Positions 13,406 to 25,368 of a stretch of 64,000 bases of DNA are shown one piece after another. The position numbers and the translations under genes were made by a program. The stretch is taken from the NCBI GenBank assembly GCA_026023565.1, contig JAPETS010000006.1, positions 248,001 to 312,000 on the forward strand, given 5' to 3'. Every line of letters starts with the position of its first letter. The first letter of the stretch is position 1. The DNA comes from Cirrosporium novae-zelandiae. Lineage: Eukaryota. The notes under the pieces are model-generated. The model saw only the letters and a program-made list of their open reading frames with translations, was not told the DNA's origin and ran no database searches.

Positions 13406-14583
13406 ATGCAAGCGGCCAATCGTCTAAGTCAAGTTCTGTGCTCTTCGAGCAAGGGTGTTGCGTTCGGGGCGTGGCAGATGCTGCCTGGGACGAATTTGTC
13501 GAGGATGATGGCTCGGTCGGGAGTTGATTGGATTTGTGTGGATATGGAACATGGAAATATTGATGGTGAGGTTGTGTGAAGTCTTGTCCCCCTTCTTGCT
13601 TTTTTAATCATGATAGTGGTGGTGCATGTGCTGATGATTGCTTGTTTGTCTGCTTTTTTTTGGTTACTGAGTTGACCGGCTGACTTTTTGTCGTGGTATC
13701 GGTGAGATTAGATGCGGCTATGCATGAAGCGGTAGGCGCTATTGCAGCGTGTGGTGTCAGCCCCATTGTTCGCGTTGCCGCAAACGAAGGGTGGATGGTC
13801 AAGAGCAAGTTGTGACTTTTCGATATTATATTAGTGGTCCTCGGGAGGTCTGACTTGAAGTATAGGAGCTCTGGACGCGGGCGCTCATGGCATAATCGTC
13901 CCGTTGCTGAGGACTGCCGATGAAGCAGAGAGGCTTGTTCAGAGCGCCAAATTCCCGCCCTGGGGGATAAGAGGATATGGGAGCCCATTTTCCATGGGGG
14001 CATTTGGAAATGAGACAAGTACCGAGTATCTGCAGCAAGCTAACGATAGCCTGGTGACGGTAGTTCAAATCGAGACAAAAGATGCTTTGAATAATGTGCG
14101 TTTTTCCTATATTTATCCGGGGGGCTCTAGGATATGAGAGACTAACGTAGAACTGTTGTTAGGTCGATGCAATTGCTAAGGTCCCAGGCATTGACGTTTT
14201 GCTGATTGGACCTTTTGACCTGGGAAACAATATTGGCCATCCAATTCTCAATGGCATAATCAAAGACGAATTGAAGGAAGCAATTGCGAAGATTCATCGG
14301 GCAGCGGTTGAGAATAACAAACGGACTGGCATATACTGTACGTCCGGCAAACAGGCAAGGGAGTACGCTGACCAAGGGTACCATATGGTAAGCTGAAGCG
14401 TTGCGACTGATCATGGCTCAATTCTGGCTAACTAAAATCTAGATATCTGTGACAGGAGACACAATTGTCATTCCAGAAGGCATAGCAAGTGCTTTGAGTG
14501 CTGCGAAGGGGGGATACATGCACTCGGCGTTGAACCTAGCAAAGGCGGGAGCTTCCAAGCTGGCTGGGTCATCCGAAAATTAG
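13406..14583 (+). CDS. HpcH/HpaI aldolase family protein
   Basis: Motifs GAWQMLP..DWICVDMEHG, RALDAGAHGIIVP, KFPPWGIRGYG, VQIETKDAL and LIGPFDL. Four GT-AG introns. Confidence 0.9.
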
Positions 14584-15000
14584 AATCTATCCCGGGCCTG
14601 AATTAACAATTACATTAGGACTGGCATCTGAGGCCCATTGCAACATTTCCTACCTCCGTAACCAGTAGAATATGAAGTGTTTTGAGATTGTAATAGAAAA
14701 CAAAGGTTTTTCTGTAGACTTCTAGATAAGCTCAGTCGATCTAGATTCCGTCTCTCGAGAGACTTTTCTAGAAATAGAGGTGTAGCTGTGAGGAGGCATC
14801 GGTGTAAAGTGGTGGTATACTGCATTTGGTGTAGAAGAGAGACTCCTTTAGGTAATGCCATTCGGTCTTTTATAAGTAATGCACCCTTCTCGATCAACTT
14901 AGCATTCTCGAGGTCCCTAACACATTTCTAGTAATATACCAGAGCTTTTTTTGGAAGGAGATTGAATCCGCCCGTAGCCCTTATGATTTCCCTCGGTTTC

Positions 15001-15327
15001 CTAAGCTCTCTCAGCCTCATCCATCAATGTTTCAACCTCCTCTTCCGTAAACCGATGCATGAGTTTCTTTGCTTCAGCAGCAAGATCCGGCTCCCCAGCT
15101 TCTTGTTTATTCTTTTGCACATGTATTACTGGCGTGTCAAATTCGTAGATATCCCTCCATCTCTTTTGTCCAGGAGCCATAACATCGATCTCGCGGTACT
15201 CGAACGGTCTTCGTTTCTGGATCATTATGAGCGTGGTTTTGGCGATCGTGCATAGAGAGCAATTGACACGTGTAAATAATGTAATTCGGCTTGATTGCTG
15301 GAGGAGGAGGCGAGCGGTTGGATACAT
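15001..15327 (-). CDS. Glutaredoxin-like DUF836 protein
   Basis: MYPTARLL..ITLFTRVNCSLC (CxxC)..WRDIYEFDTPVIHV..KLMHRF. Confidence 0.8.
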   Translation of the reverse strand: MYPTARLLLQQSSRITLFTRVNCSLCTIAKTTLIMIQKRRPFEYREIDVMAPGQKRWRDIYEFDTPVIHVQKNKQEAGEPDLAAEAKKLMHRFTEEEVETLMDEAERA

Positions 15328-15566
15328 CCTGAGAATGGAATCGGAGCGAACAAGTGCCTCTTTTCTCGAATGGGGTGCTGCTTGCCGGTTGGCGTAACTC
15401 ATGGAAAGTGAGAGAAGATGGAGAAAGTTCAATTCGACTGGCGAGGATAATCTCCGAATTCAACACTCTCCAATTCAAATTCACAGAAAACAGTTAACAA
15501 ATTAATTTCTTAGATTTGACCTGCAATCACTCATAAATTGATATCCTAAACAAATATCTTTAAATC

Positions 15567-16597
15567 ATGGCGGAGAAGTGTGTTCACAAGGGCTGTGGCA
15601 AGGCTTTTACTGACCCGGAAGAAGAGTGTGTTTATCATCCTGGACCGCCAGTTTTTCACGAAGGCCAGAAGGGTACACACCACCCCTTGCTCTTGAGAGT
15701 TTCTTACTCACTATACACTACAGTCATTCTAACATTTACCTTATAGGATGGAAGTGCTGCAAGCCTCGTGTTCTAACATTTGATGAATTTCTTTCAATCC
15801 CACCTTGTACAAAGGGAAAGCATTCTACTGTCGATGACACGCCTACCCCACCTACCACTTCCGAAGAATCCAAAGAGACCGAAATAAATATACCAATAAC
15901 TCCCCCGGCCCGTACACTTGCCACTGATGCTCTACCGGCTGTCAGTGCCATCCTATCAGCTGAACCTCCAGCTCCGAAACCAGCCCCAGAGCCTGAATCC
16001 GACTCAGATGACCCTTCTTTGTCAATTGCACCAAATACATGCTGTAGGCGACGCGGTTGTAATGCTACATACAACCCCGACTCGAATCGTGAAGAGGAAG
16101 AGTGTATATTCCACCCAGGCGCTCCACTATTCCATGAGGGTAGTAAAGGGTGGACATGCTGCAAAAGACGTGTTCTCGAATTCGACCAATTCATGAAGAT
16201 CGAAGGTTGCAACAAAAAGGCCCGACATTTATTTGTTGGAAGGGGTAAAAAGGCCGAAGTAGAGGAATTACAAAGTGTCAGACATGACTATTACCAAACA
16301 TCTTCGACGGTGATTGCATCCTTATACCTGAAGAAGATCGACAAATCCAACGCAAAGGTTGAATTCTCAGCACCCAATATAGTGAAGTTGGATCTCCCAA
16401 CGGCGGACAACAAGAGGTATACCGCTTCGGTACCTTTGTTTGGACCCATAGACCCTGAAAGGTCCAGCTTCAAAATACTGGGAACAAAGCTTGAACTGAA
16501 CCTTATCAAAACAGATGGGAGTAGCTGGCCTGTTTTTAGAAGCGACGAAAAGAGGACAGGGGAGATATTTCAGATCGGGAAGGCTGGGAAAGTCTGA
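15567..16597 (+). CDS. CHORD and CS domain protein (Hsp90 co-chaperone, CHORDC1-like)
   Basis: Two CHORD repeats (CVHKGC..CVYHPGPPVFHEGQK|GWKCC and CRRRGC..CIFHPGAPLFHEGSKGWTCC) plus a CS domain (RHDYYQT..KLELNLIK). One intron. Confidence 0.93.
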
Positions 16598-16914
16598 CAA
16601 TCGCATAAAGGAGACTTTGTTGTGATCAAGGTCGACATGACAGATTCCTGTAGAATCTTTGAAGACATAGTTTTAGAGTATTCATTGGGCAGCATCGCGA
16701 ATGCTGCTTTTCGGGAACTTCAAGGATAGTGTATCAATCCAATACTCGAACCAGTCAAGTTGCTGGATCTGATATCTCGAATAGGTTCGCTAAGCGCAAA
16801 CGCAGTAACACTCCAATTATCCAAATGGTGTTTTCCTAGAGATAACGATTCCAACATACGAGTGTTGTTACTATTAATTCTTCCTGCTGGTTTCGTACTT
16901 GGTAATCCAGAACC

Positions 16915-18147
16915 TTATTCCATACCTTCCAGCAATGACGTACGATCTAGAACCATACTTTTCTCTCGTATGTATAAACGAAGATCATCCCATTCGGGAC
17001 CTTCCTCCTCTCCTCTCCGATATATATCTTTGAAGCCCCAGGCCATAGCAACCCTGTCTAAAGCCGCTCGTTCCTCTTCCCTCGCCCATCTCTCCCATAA
17101 AGCGGTACCGTCTACCCATGTTACACGGATCATCTGATCGTTGGCGGTTGTAAACGCGACGTATCCGATGATAGAAGTGAACCCGACATAAGCAAAAATA
17201 GCGGCAAATGCAAGGTTAGTTGCTGTTCGTACTTCGAGTGCTGTCTGAAAATGGGCCACCTGGGTAGCTAATGAATAGCAAACTACTGGGGCCATAATAG
17301 CAGCACATATGGGGATTGAGGCCTTGCGAATAAGTTTTGAACGTTGAAAAGCTGGTGCACCAAATGAGGTATCAATAACAGAAAGGGCCAGAGGAAGGTT
17401 CCTGACAGAAATGGCCGTATTGATTGCCTTCTGTGCCACAGATATAGGAATTGCTACCTTAACACTCTTTGGGTTTTGATTTTTGTATTTCACTGGGTAT
17501 GAATTTGGCTTCGGGATTGGTTTCGTAGCATATAGGTCAAAGACTAGTGGAAACAACTTGGGTCGTCTGAGTGATGCTTGAATATTGATGTAAGTCTCTA
17601 GGATTTCTGGACTTATGAAGACATTTGGATGTAATATAATATCGTCCGCTAATTGCGAGATTTCTTGTGTGAGATGTTCTATGTCAGACTTCAATATCGT
17701 AGTAGCCACCCTAGTCCCATCTTCTTCTAGTGACAACAGAGCCGATGTAGGGGATGATGCACCTGTAGGAGCGTCATTGCCAACAGCGTGTCTATCCACA
17801 AGTCTCGCTGTAAGGGATTCTAATGGTCGAAGAAGATCTAGACAAGATTCCTCACTCGGGACGGTATCTGGCTGGAGAACACTTTTTGTTGCTTTAGCTA
17901 ATTGATCTAATTCCGTATTTCTTTCAAGGTTCTTGGTTGAAGATATTCTAGATTGCTTAGTAGTACTAGAAAATCTTATTCCGCTTTTTAAGTATCTCGA
18001 AGAGATAGCTTGTGAATACAACGGTCGAGGTAAGAATGCCGGCGATCTCGAATAGGTCGCAATTGCTCGAACCGGAGTCCTCCTCAACGGCCCTTGTGGG
18101 GCAATAAAATTATATAGCTGACAGCCGGAAGGTCTGAAAGATGGCAT
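16915..18147 (-). CDS. Conserved hypothetical protein, probably mitochondrial membrane
   Basis: 410-aa ORF with an Arg/Ser-rich presequence-like N-terminus, two C-terminal hydrophobic segments and a TANDQMIRVTW..LWERWAREEERAALD block. Confidence 0.75.
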   Translation of the reverse strand: MPSFRPSGCQLYNFIAPQGPLRRTPVRAIATYSRSPAFLPRPLYSQAISSRYLKSGIRFSSTTKQSRISSTKNLERNTELDQLAKATKSVLQPDTVPSEESCLDLLRPLESLTARLVDRHAVGNDAPTGASSPTSALLSLEEDGTRVATTILKSDIEHLTQEISQLADDIILHPNVFISPEILETYINIQASLRRPKLFPLVFDLYATKPIPKPNSYPVKYKNQNPKSVKVAIPISVAQKAINTAISVRNLPLALSVIDTSFGAPAFQRSKLIRKASIPICAAIMAPVVCYSLATQVAHFQTALEVRTATNLAFAAIFAYVGFTSIIGYVAFTTANDQMIRVTWVDGTALWERWAREEERAALDRVAMAWGFKDIYRRGEEEGPEWDDLRLYIREKSMVLDRTSLLEGME

Positions 18148-18527
18148 TGTTAATTGAATTGAAGAAATTGTAGGAACTTTTCAAAAAGGAAACGGCGACT
18201 TTCAGGTCGGATCTCAATTTTTGAGATATCCGGAGGCCGGAGGATCAATGGACGGCATTTGATTTGATTTGGGATTTGGCGGGTCAGAATGTGTGGCTTG
18301 TGCTTTCAGTGACGAACGACGGCCAAGGTTCCAGCGTTAAAGAGTAACCTTTCAGGCCGCAACACTTTTTAATCACAGCTCACTTAACATCTCTCCCGAT
18401 TTTTATATTCTCATCAATTCCTATCAATATAGCCTAGAGGCTTCATCTTACTAAATCATACTCCCACCAGTCGAAACCGTTATCAGTATCCTCCGAATCG
18501 GCTTGCATCAGCCAACACAAGAGGACG

Positions 18528-20021
18528 ATGCCACCTCCACCTCCACCACCTCCTCCCCCCCCAATGCCTGGTTTTGGGGGAGCAGGTCCACCTCCTCCAC
18601 CTCCTCCGCCAGGTGCGGGTGCCCTACCTGCGAGACCACCTGCCGGTGCAGCCAAAAACAGAGTAAGTTATTCTTCCAAAATTGGATTCCTATGCCTCGT
18701 GCTTCGCTATTCTAGGTATATTGCGACCTTGTACTAATCATTTGAACAGGGTGCACTATTAACGGATATCACCAAAGGAGCTCGATTAAGGAAGGCAGTC
18801 ACCAACGATAGATCAGCACCAATAATAGGAAATACTGGAAGCAGTTCAGCCGCTCCTCAAGTGGGCTCCGCACCACCCGTACCGGGAATGATGAAATCTC
18901 CACAAGGCCTTGCACCCCCGGTGCCACCCGCAAATCGAGTTCGGAGTAATAGTGATACCGGTGGTGCTAGTGGGGCGAGCGGTGCAGATAGTGCAAGCCT
19001 GGCAACTCCGCCTCAACTAGGTGGAATATTTGCTGGTGGAATGCCTAAGCTGAAGAAGAGGAGCGGAGGTGTCGATACTGGCGCGAATAGAGACTCCTCT
19101 TATATTTCAGATCCCGAAACTTCAAGGAGTTCAGCACCTAAAGTCCCCGCGCCATCAGCACCCAAACCGCCAATTCTTCCCAAATCCCATAGTCTTCGAC
19201 CTATGACCACAATTTCAGACTCATCACCAGCAATCAACCCTTTAGTAGCCAATCTACGGAAAGTACCTCCAAGACCAGGTCCAAGACCGGCATCCGAGTT
19301 TACCTATTCATCTCATGGACCTGGAAAAGTTACTCCACCAAGACCTCCACCTCCCTTGCCTAGTTCGTCAAAACCACCACCTCCACCTGTGGCACGAAAG
19401 CCTTCGGCTCCAGCCCCCCCACCTCCACCATCAGCTGCGCCTGCGCCTCCACCACCACCTCCGCCATCAAACAGTTCCACCCCTTCAGCACCCCCTCCAC
19501 CCCCGCCATCTGCTGCTCCCAGATTGCCAAATTCCCGTTTAACCCCACCTCCACCGCCTCCTGCGCCTCCCATAGCTTCTCAGTCACACAATGGAGCTTC
19601 TCCCGCATCATTTGCAATGCAAGCAGCTAGGAATGCTTTTGGTGGACGAACATCTCCTGCAGCTCCTCCTCCCCCACCTCCTCCTGCCCCGCCAAGTGCC
19701 CCACCTTCTGCACCTCAATCACCAGCTCCAGTGGCCCCAGCAGCTCCGCCACCTACGGCCAGGCCGCCGATTGGAAATTCAGTTAGGTCTATGCTTGACC
19801 CAAGCTCGTACACCCTTTCGAACGGAAATTCGGGGTCTTCGGGAGGATCAGCAAGAAACAGTTATGGAGGGAAAGGGGGGGCAGTTAGGATTGAAGATGC
19901 ACGATGGAAATTCCAAGACGACAATCAACTACCAAAACCGAGAGAATTCATAGGGGGGCCTAAGAGATACCGTGCTGGAAGGGGTAGCAGTGTACCTTTG
20001 GATCTTAGCGCATTTGAATAA
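18528..20021 (+). CDS. VRP1: Verprolin / WASP-interacting protein
   Basis: Poly-Pro N-terminus, WH2 motif GALLTDITKGARLRKAVTNDRSAP, QLGGIFAGGMPKLKK, Pro-rich body and C-terminal RWKF..YRAGRGSSVPLDL. One intron. Confidence 0.92.
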
Positions 20022-21328
20022 GAGGGAAAGGATGATTATTTTTATTATTATTATTGTTGCTACAAATGGCTTAGTAGAGCGTCAATAGCTACGGCTATCA
20101 TCATCACCTGGGCTGGTGTCTGGGTGGAAAAGGTGTTGTGAAGATAAAGTCTCGGGGGTTGTTCGATCAGGGAATTCATGGTTTCGGGGACGGCGAGGGT
20201 AATGATAAAGGCAATCGACGCCATTTCATCATCATCGAATCTCAAAATTTCTTATCCTACTACTACTTTCGAAAGTATAAAGTATGATAATATGATAAGA
20301 GTCCCATCAATCTGGGTACCCCTGAAGGGATGTATATTCAGCGCTTAAATCGGGGGGTTGAATCAAGGTAATTAATTAATGATTAATTCCATGCAGAATA
20401 GAATAACTGCAGGGCAAGAAAAGTTGGACAAGGCTAATATCCACTTCCAAGGATGCCTGGGATGCCAAGAGATTTCTGACGGGGCTCCACCGTTGAAACC
20501 CGGACAATATATTTCAAACACAAGAAAGACGCTCTAAAAAATGCTCTAAAAAGAACCACAAAACAATTAATACCCGACGCTTGCATAAATATTGTGAAAG
20601 CAATAAATTGCCCTGAGAAATCTATGGCTAGATCGCCCCCTTCGCTTCGAGAAAAAAAAAACTCATAGAAAATATGAACAAGGACATATTAAACTAGCCA
20701 ACTAAACTATTAATTAATTAGCTACTCTAGCTAAATCAATCATGGCGAACCTACCTTAAACTACTCCGACTTAAACTACTGTAGTTACGATCAAACATGA
20801 AAGCCGTGCTGCCCCTCGGTTCCTCATTCAACCAACATCTTTTCTGTTTCGCCCTCTTCCATTTCCTTGAAACGAGTCTATTCCCATTTCCTCATGCTTC
20901 AGCTTATTAGACAACTCGCATTTGTGATACAAGCTTGTTTAGTTACCGTGCCGCTTCCTCGCCAGGCTACCTTATGTTATGTTGGTTGAGATCGACAGCT
21001 ATCGATCATGTCACTCCTAATGTTGTTATATAAATCCCCATCCCCCCTGCTTTTTCTTAGATTTTTTTTTTTTCCTTTTCCTTTTTTCTTCACGAGATCT
21101 CTTCTCTCTGCAAAAAAAACTTACTCTTCTCATTCTTTTTTCGTGGGCTAGGTTCCCCCCTCCTTTCATTCTTTCTAACATTCATTCTTCATCGGTGCTG
21201 CGCGCCTATACCAAAAGAAAACAAAAATCTCAACTCCCTCAAAATTCTTACCAAGACAGATTCCAAGTCCAACACGCTCTTCGAAGGAAACAAGTGTTTA
21301 ACTAACAAAATCTTACCCATCAGTCAAA

Positions 21329-22416
21329 ATGAAGACTGTACAAGCTTCCGCTCTTTACTCTCTCCTCTCTCTGGTCCCTACGGTTCTGGGTCATGGTTTT
21401 GTCACCTCTCCAACCCCTCGCCAGCCTGGTTCGGCCATGGAGTCTGCTTGTGGTGTACAAGTTTACGACAACCAGGCGGCAGACAGCTACGGAAATATCC
21501 AGGGCATGTTGCAGGTGGCGGCTTCGCAGTCGGACTATGATGCGGCTGCGTGTGACATATGGCTCTGCAAAGGCTACAAGTACGCAGATAACACGGATAA
21601 TGTCCAGAGTTACACCGCTGGCGAGTCTGTGGCAATCACTGTTGATATCCGTGCCCCACATACTGGTGTCGCAAATGTTTCGATCGTCAATACCGCCACT
21701 AACACTGTGATTGGTGATGCATTGAAGTCATGGTCAGTGTATGCTTCAACTGCTAGCTCGATCCCCGCAGATGAGGAGCAATTCAGCGTCACTATCCCGA
21801 GTGATTTGGGCGATACGTGCTCGACTGCAGGAGCTTGTGTGATTCAATGGTACTGGAATGCCGCATCCATCGATCAGACATATGAGTCTTGCATCGATTT
21901 CACGGTTAGTGGAAGCGGATCCAGCTCCAGCGGCTCTGGTGCCTCGTCTGCTGTTTCATCCGCCGCAGCGGCTACCAGCGTAGCTGCATCCAGTGACGTC
22001 GTTGCCTCTTCTGCTATTTCCTCTGTCTCGACTCAGGTCGCGGTGGTAAGTCTAACGAAATCCCCTCTATCATAACTATTTCCAAATCCTAACTTTCTTA
22101 CCTCTAGGCTGCGACCTCTGCCATTGCATACTCTAGTGCTGTTCCAACTTCCGCTGCCGTCGCAGCAAGCACCTTTACAACTTCAGCGGTTACATCATCG
22201 GTGGTTACATCCTCAGCGGCTGCCGCTAGCGCTACCTCCACCGACCTCACCAGCCTCGGCCTCAATGACACTATTCCCTCAGGGACCACTTTTGAGGACA
22301 TGCTCGTTGTCTTGGAGAAAGTAGTCAACAAGGTCTTGGCCAGCTCAAACGGCAGCACTTCTAGCAAGCTCCGCCGCCACGCTCGGGACATGTTGATTGC
22401 GGCCTCACGTGCTTAG
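21329..22416 (+). CDS. AA16-family lytic polysaccharide monooxygenase-like secreted protein with Ser/Ala-rich tail
   Basis: Signal peptide ends before His1 (HGFVTSPTPR), second His in APHTG, CVIQWYW..QTYESCIDF. One intron at ~22047-22108. The tail ends RRHARD. Confidence 0.85.
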
Positions 22417-23152
22417 AAAAAGCTAGAGATATTGTAAAGGGAAAGGAGAAAAGCTTTGAAAACTTTTGAATGAGATGTGTACAATTTGGGAGATTTTTTG
22501 ATGAAGGTTTTTTTTAAGATTCTTGTATATAGATTTGTTTCTGTGTGCAGGGATGTAGAAGAGCTCGCGAGAAGGGTACCTTGATTGGTCACTCAGGCCA
22601 TGTTTAAAGAATGATGAAGAGTTTTTTTCCTGGTGACCTGACCTGGTTCTGTTTCCCTGACAGTATTTATCGTTGCTTGTGATTGAATGAAGCCTAACCA
22701 GTGGAGAATATTCATTACGGCATCATCGAATACGCCCAGTTAGGGTGAAGGGACGTGTACAGTAGTATCCGAGCAACAATCAAACCTAACGTATCAGTAA
22801 TTAATCTGCTATTCATTTGGCCTTGTAAGTGTAGATGATCATTTCAAGGTTTCGTAGGTAAAGGCAATTCCTATTTTCTCATAAAAATTCTACCACCACG
22901 CCATAAATATACCGAATGGTTGCTTTTAATGTTGATACATTGAACCCGATGGTGGTAACCCAGAAATTTGTTTTTCATTACTCTCACTCAGAACATGATC
23001 GTTAACTCGTTAAATACAGCAGATCAAAGCCGTACCTGGGAGGGTTGTGCTTGAACATTCACCATATTATCCCAACTTTATAACTGATTTCAACTTAGAT
23101 TGGTCTGTCAGGAACCCAATGCCATCGTTATTCTGCTGGATAGTTATCATCA

Positions 23153-24538
23153 TTAGTTGTGTTCAATCTCATTCTCACTCTGTAACCTTTTCGATCCAGT
23201 CTTATCGTCCCTATCCAGGAGACTTCCTATGCGTTTTCTGTACCTGCCACTCCCTAATTCTGGAAATGAAATTGGTCCGTTCCTTCTTGAACCTTCCGGA
23301 TCTTGACTAGTAGCAGTCTCCCCGCTTCTGTCAACCACACACCATTCATCCATCTCTTCCGGATCAGCCATATCGGAATTATTCGAGAGTACGTCATAAG
23401 ATGACTCTGTATCATAATCTGGTTCTTCAGAGGAGGAATTATTTGCCGCTCCATTTTCGTATATCCCGATGTCGACCATGTCCCGCCACCAGCTGGGGGA
23501 AGGTTCTTTCTTGCAAAATGGGCGAAATGCGAGAAGAAATTCAATATTATAGACAAAATTACCGGTAAGGGAGTTGAGGATGCTAATAATATCTGGAGGT
23601 GTGGTACCTAGGGAATCGTAATTGACAACCCCAAGATGTTGTATTCGACGAGGTCCACCGGCCTTCGCAGCATTTTCAAAAGGGTTTGGAGGGGGAACAT
23701 TGTATGGGATGCTTCGGAGCTGATCATATAATCTTGCTACGTCATCGCTATACCACGCTCTGTTGTTGTCGTTGCCAACAATGAATGACTGGAGACTTCC
23801 TTTCGTTGAGCTGTTGTGCCTGGCTTGTAAATGTCTTGAGTCGTATTGGCGCCTCATCTCTTGTCTGGTTGGTTTGCCATGTAGGGGAAGATCACACCAA
23901 AGACATATCCTCCGGCTGTCCATGTTTTCATCCGTAACAGCGTCACAACAACCTTCTCCCCAACAGCGACTTCCTCTACTATCTACATCTTCATTTTGCT
24001 TGGTCTTGCATTCGATGCAGAGCCAAATATCCTTGGCACTACATTCACAAGTATTCTTTTTAAAATAAAGGACTTTGTCTGCTTTAGAATCAAGTATGCG
24101 GCGTCCTCTGTGGGGGTTTCCTGCGCTCCAACATTCTTTGCATAGATGACGACATCTATTTGAGAAAGTATTTTCGCTCTTGCATTTGCTTTTCTGGAAG
24201 GACGCTCTGACTATGCAGGCATCACATACAGGAATTGAGCACAATTTACAGGCTCGAATGTTGTTCCCTTTCGTATGTCGTGGTTCACTGCAATCATTCA
24301 GGGATTTTGACTTGAGAAGTTTCCAGTAAGATGTTTCATGGCCGCCTAGGAAGAGTTCGGAGCGTCTCGATATTTGAACATCTGGTTTATTTGGAAGCTC
24401 AGCTACAAGGAACCCATGAAGTGCGAGGCGATATGAGGAAGAGGCACGAGACAGCCTGATTAGACTTCCCACGGGGAGGTTTTCGGCGAGAGATGAGGCA
24501 ATGGGATAAATGGACACGACATCCAAAAGAGTTGGCAT
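23153..24538 (-). CDS. Uncharacterised Cys-rich protein with F-box-like N-terminus and eIF4G-like eIF4E-binding segment
   Basis: Intronless ORF starting MPTLLDVVSIYPIASSLAENL..LIRLSRAS. Many CxxC pairs, then FVYNIEFLLAFRPFCKKEPS and an acidic tail. Confidence 0.8.
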   Translation of the reverse strand: MPTLLDVVSIYPIASSLAENLPVGSLIRLSRASSSYRLALHGFLVAELPNKPDVQISRRSELFLGGHETSYWKLLKSKSLNDCSEPRHTKGNNIRACKLCSIPVCDACIVRASFQKSKCKSENTFSNRCRHLCKECWSAGNPHRGRRILDSKADKVLYFKKNTCECSAKDIWLCIECKTKQNEDVDSRGSRCWGEGCCDAVTDENMDSRRICLWCDLPLHGKPTRQEMRRQYDSRHLQARHNSSTKGSLQSFIVGNDNNRAWYSDDVARLYDQLRSIPYNVPPPNPFENAAKAGGPRRIQHLGVVNYDSLGTTPPDIISILNSLTGNFVYNIEFLLAFRPFCKKEPSPSWWRDMVDIGIYENGAANNSSSEEPDYDTESSYDVLSNNSDMADPEEMDEWCVVDRSGETATSQDPEGSRRNGPISFPELGSGRYRKRIGSLLDRDDKTGSKRLQSENEIEHN

Positions 24539-25012
24539 GGTGAAAATAAATGATCCTATCAAGAAGACTGTTCAGAAATTAGAAAGGAATAAGTGGGGGA
24601 GTTAGAATTAGATTAAGAAGTAGGCCATGAAGCTCAAGCAGGTTCAGGAAGAGCATTCTAAAAGAAATAAACTATTAGGCGATTCACATTGACCATATTT
24701 TATGATAAAATAGATATAACTTAATCTAAGTTATCACAACGGAGAATGGTCTAGACTGATGTTCCACAAAGTGTTGAGGGGCAGAGGGTTGAAGGTGCAA
24801 GAGCTATTCTTGGAGGAAGAGCCACTGCAAACAAATGCAAACATAAATTGAAAGTTAGCGCAGTTATACCCACCAGGTCCACATCATTTGAAAGAAGAAC
24901 TCTCGATTCTCGATATACCGTGTGATTTCCGAGAATACAGGAGGTCTTTGACTCTAAGATCTTATGTTTTGCATACCTGTCCGATCATCCATTGTATACT
25001 CAAACCCTGATC

Positions 25013-25368
25013 ATGTCTTTACAACATTATGTGAATAGTATGTACACCCCACTTTCTTTCTTTAGGTCGTACTAATACGACTTTCTCAATTATCAGAGAA
25101 AGTCCTGGTTCTCACCGCAGACGGACGCACTCTGACCGGAACTCTCCTCTCTTGTGACCAGATGACCAATCTTGTCATGGGCGGAACAGTTGAACACATA
25201 ATCCGGCCTCCAGATGACCCCGAAGAAAGTTCCGAAGCGATTCACGGTCTATACTTAATTAGAGGAGATAATGTGGTCGTTTGTGGTCTTGTGGATGAAG
25301 AATTAGATGCCAAGATTGACTGGACGAAGGTGCGAGGTAGTGTGATTGGAGGGACCAAGCATATATGA
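25013..25368 (+). CDS. LSM8: U6 snRNP Sm-like protein LSm8
   Basis: MSLQHYVNK|KVLVLTADGRTLTGTLLSCDQMTNLV..GLYLIRGDNVVVCGLVDEELD. One intron. Confidence 0.93.
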
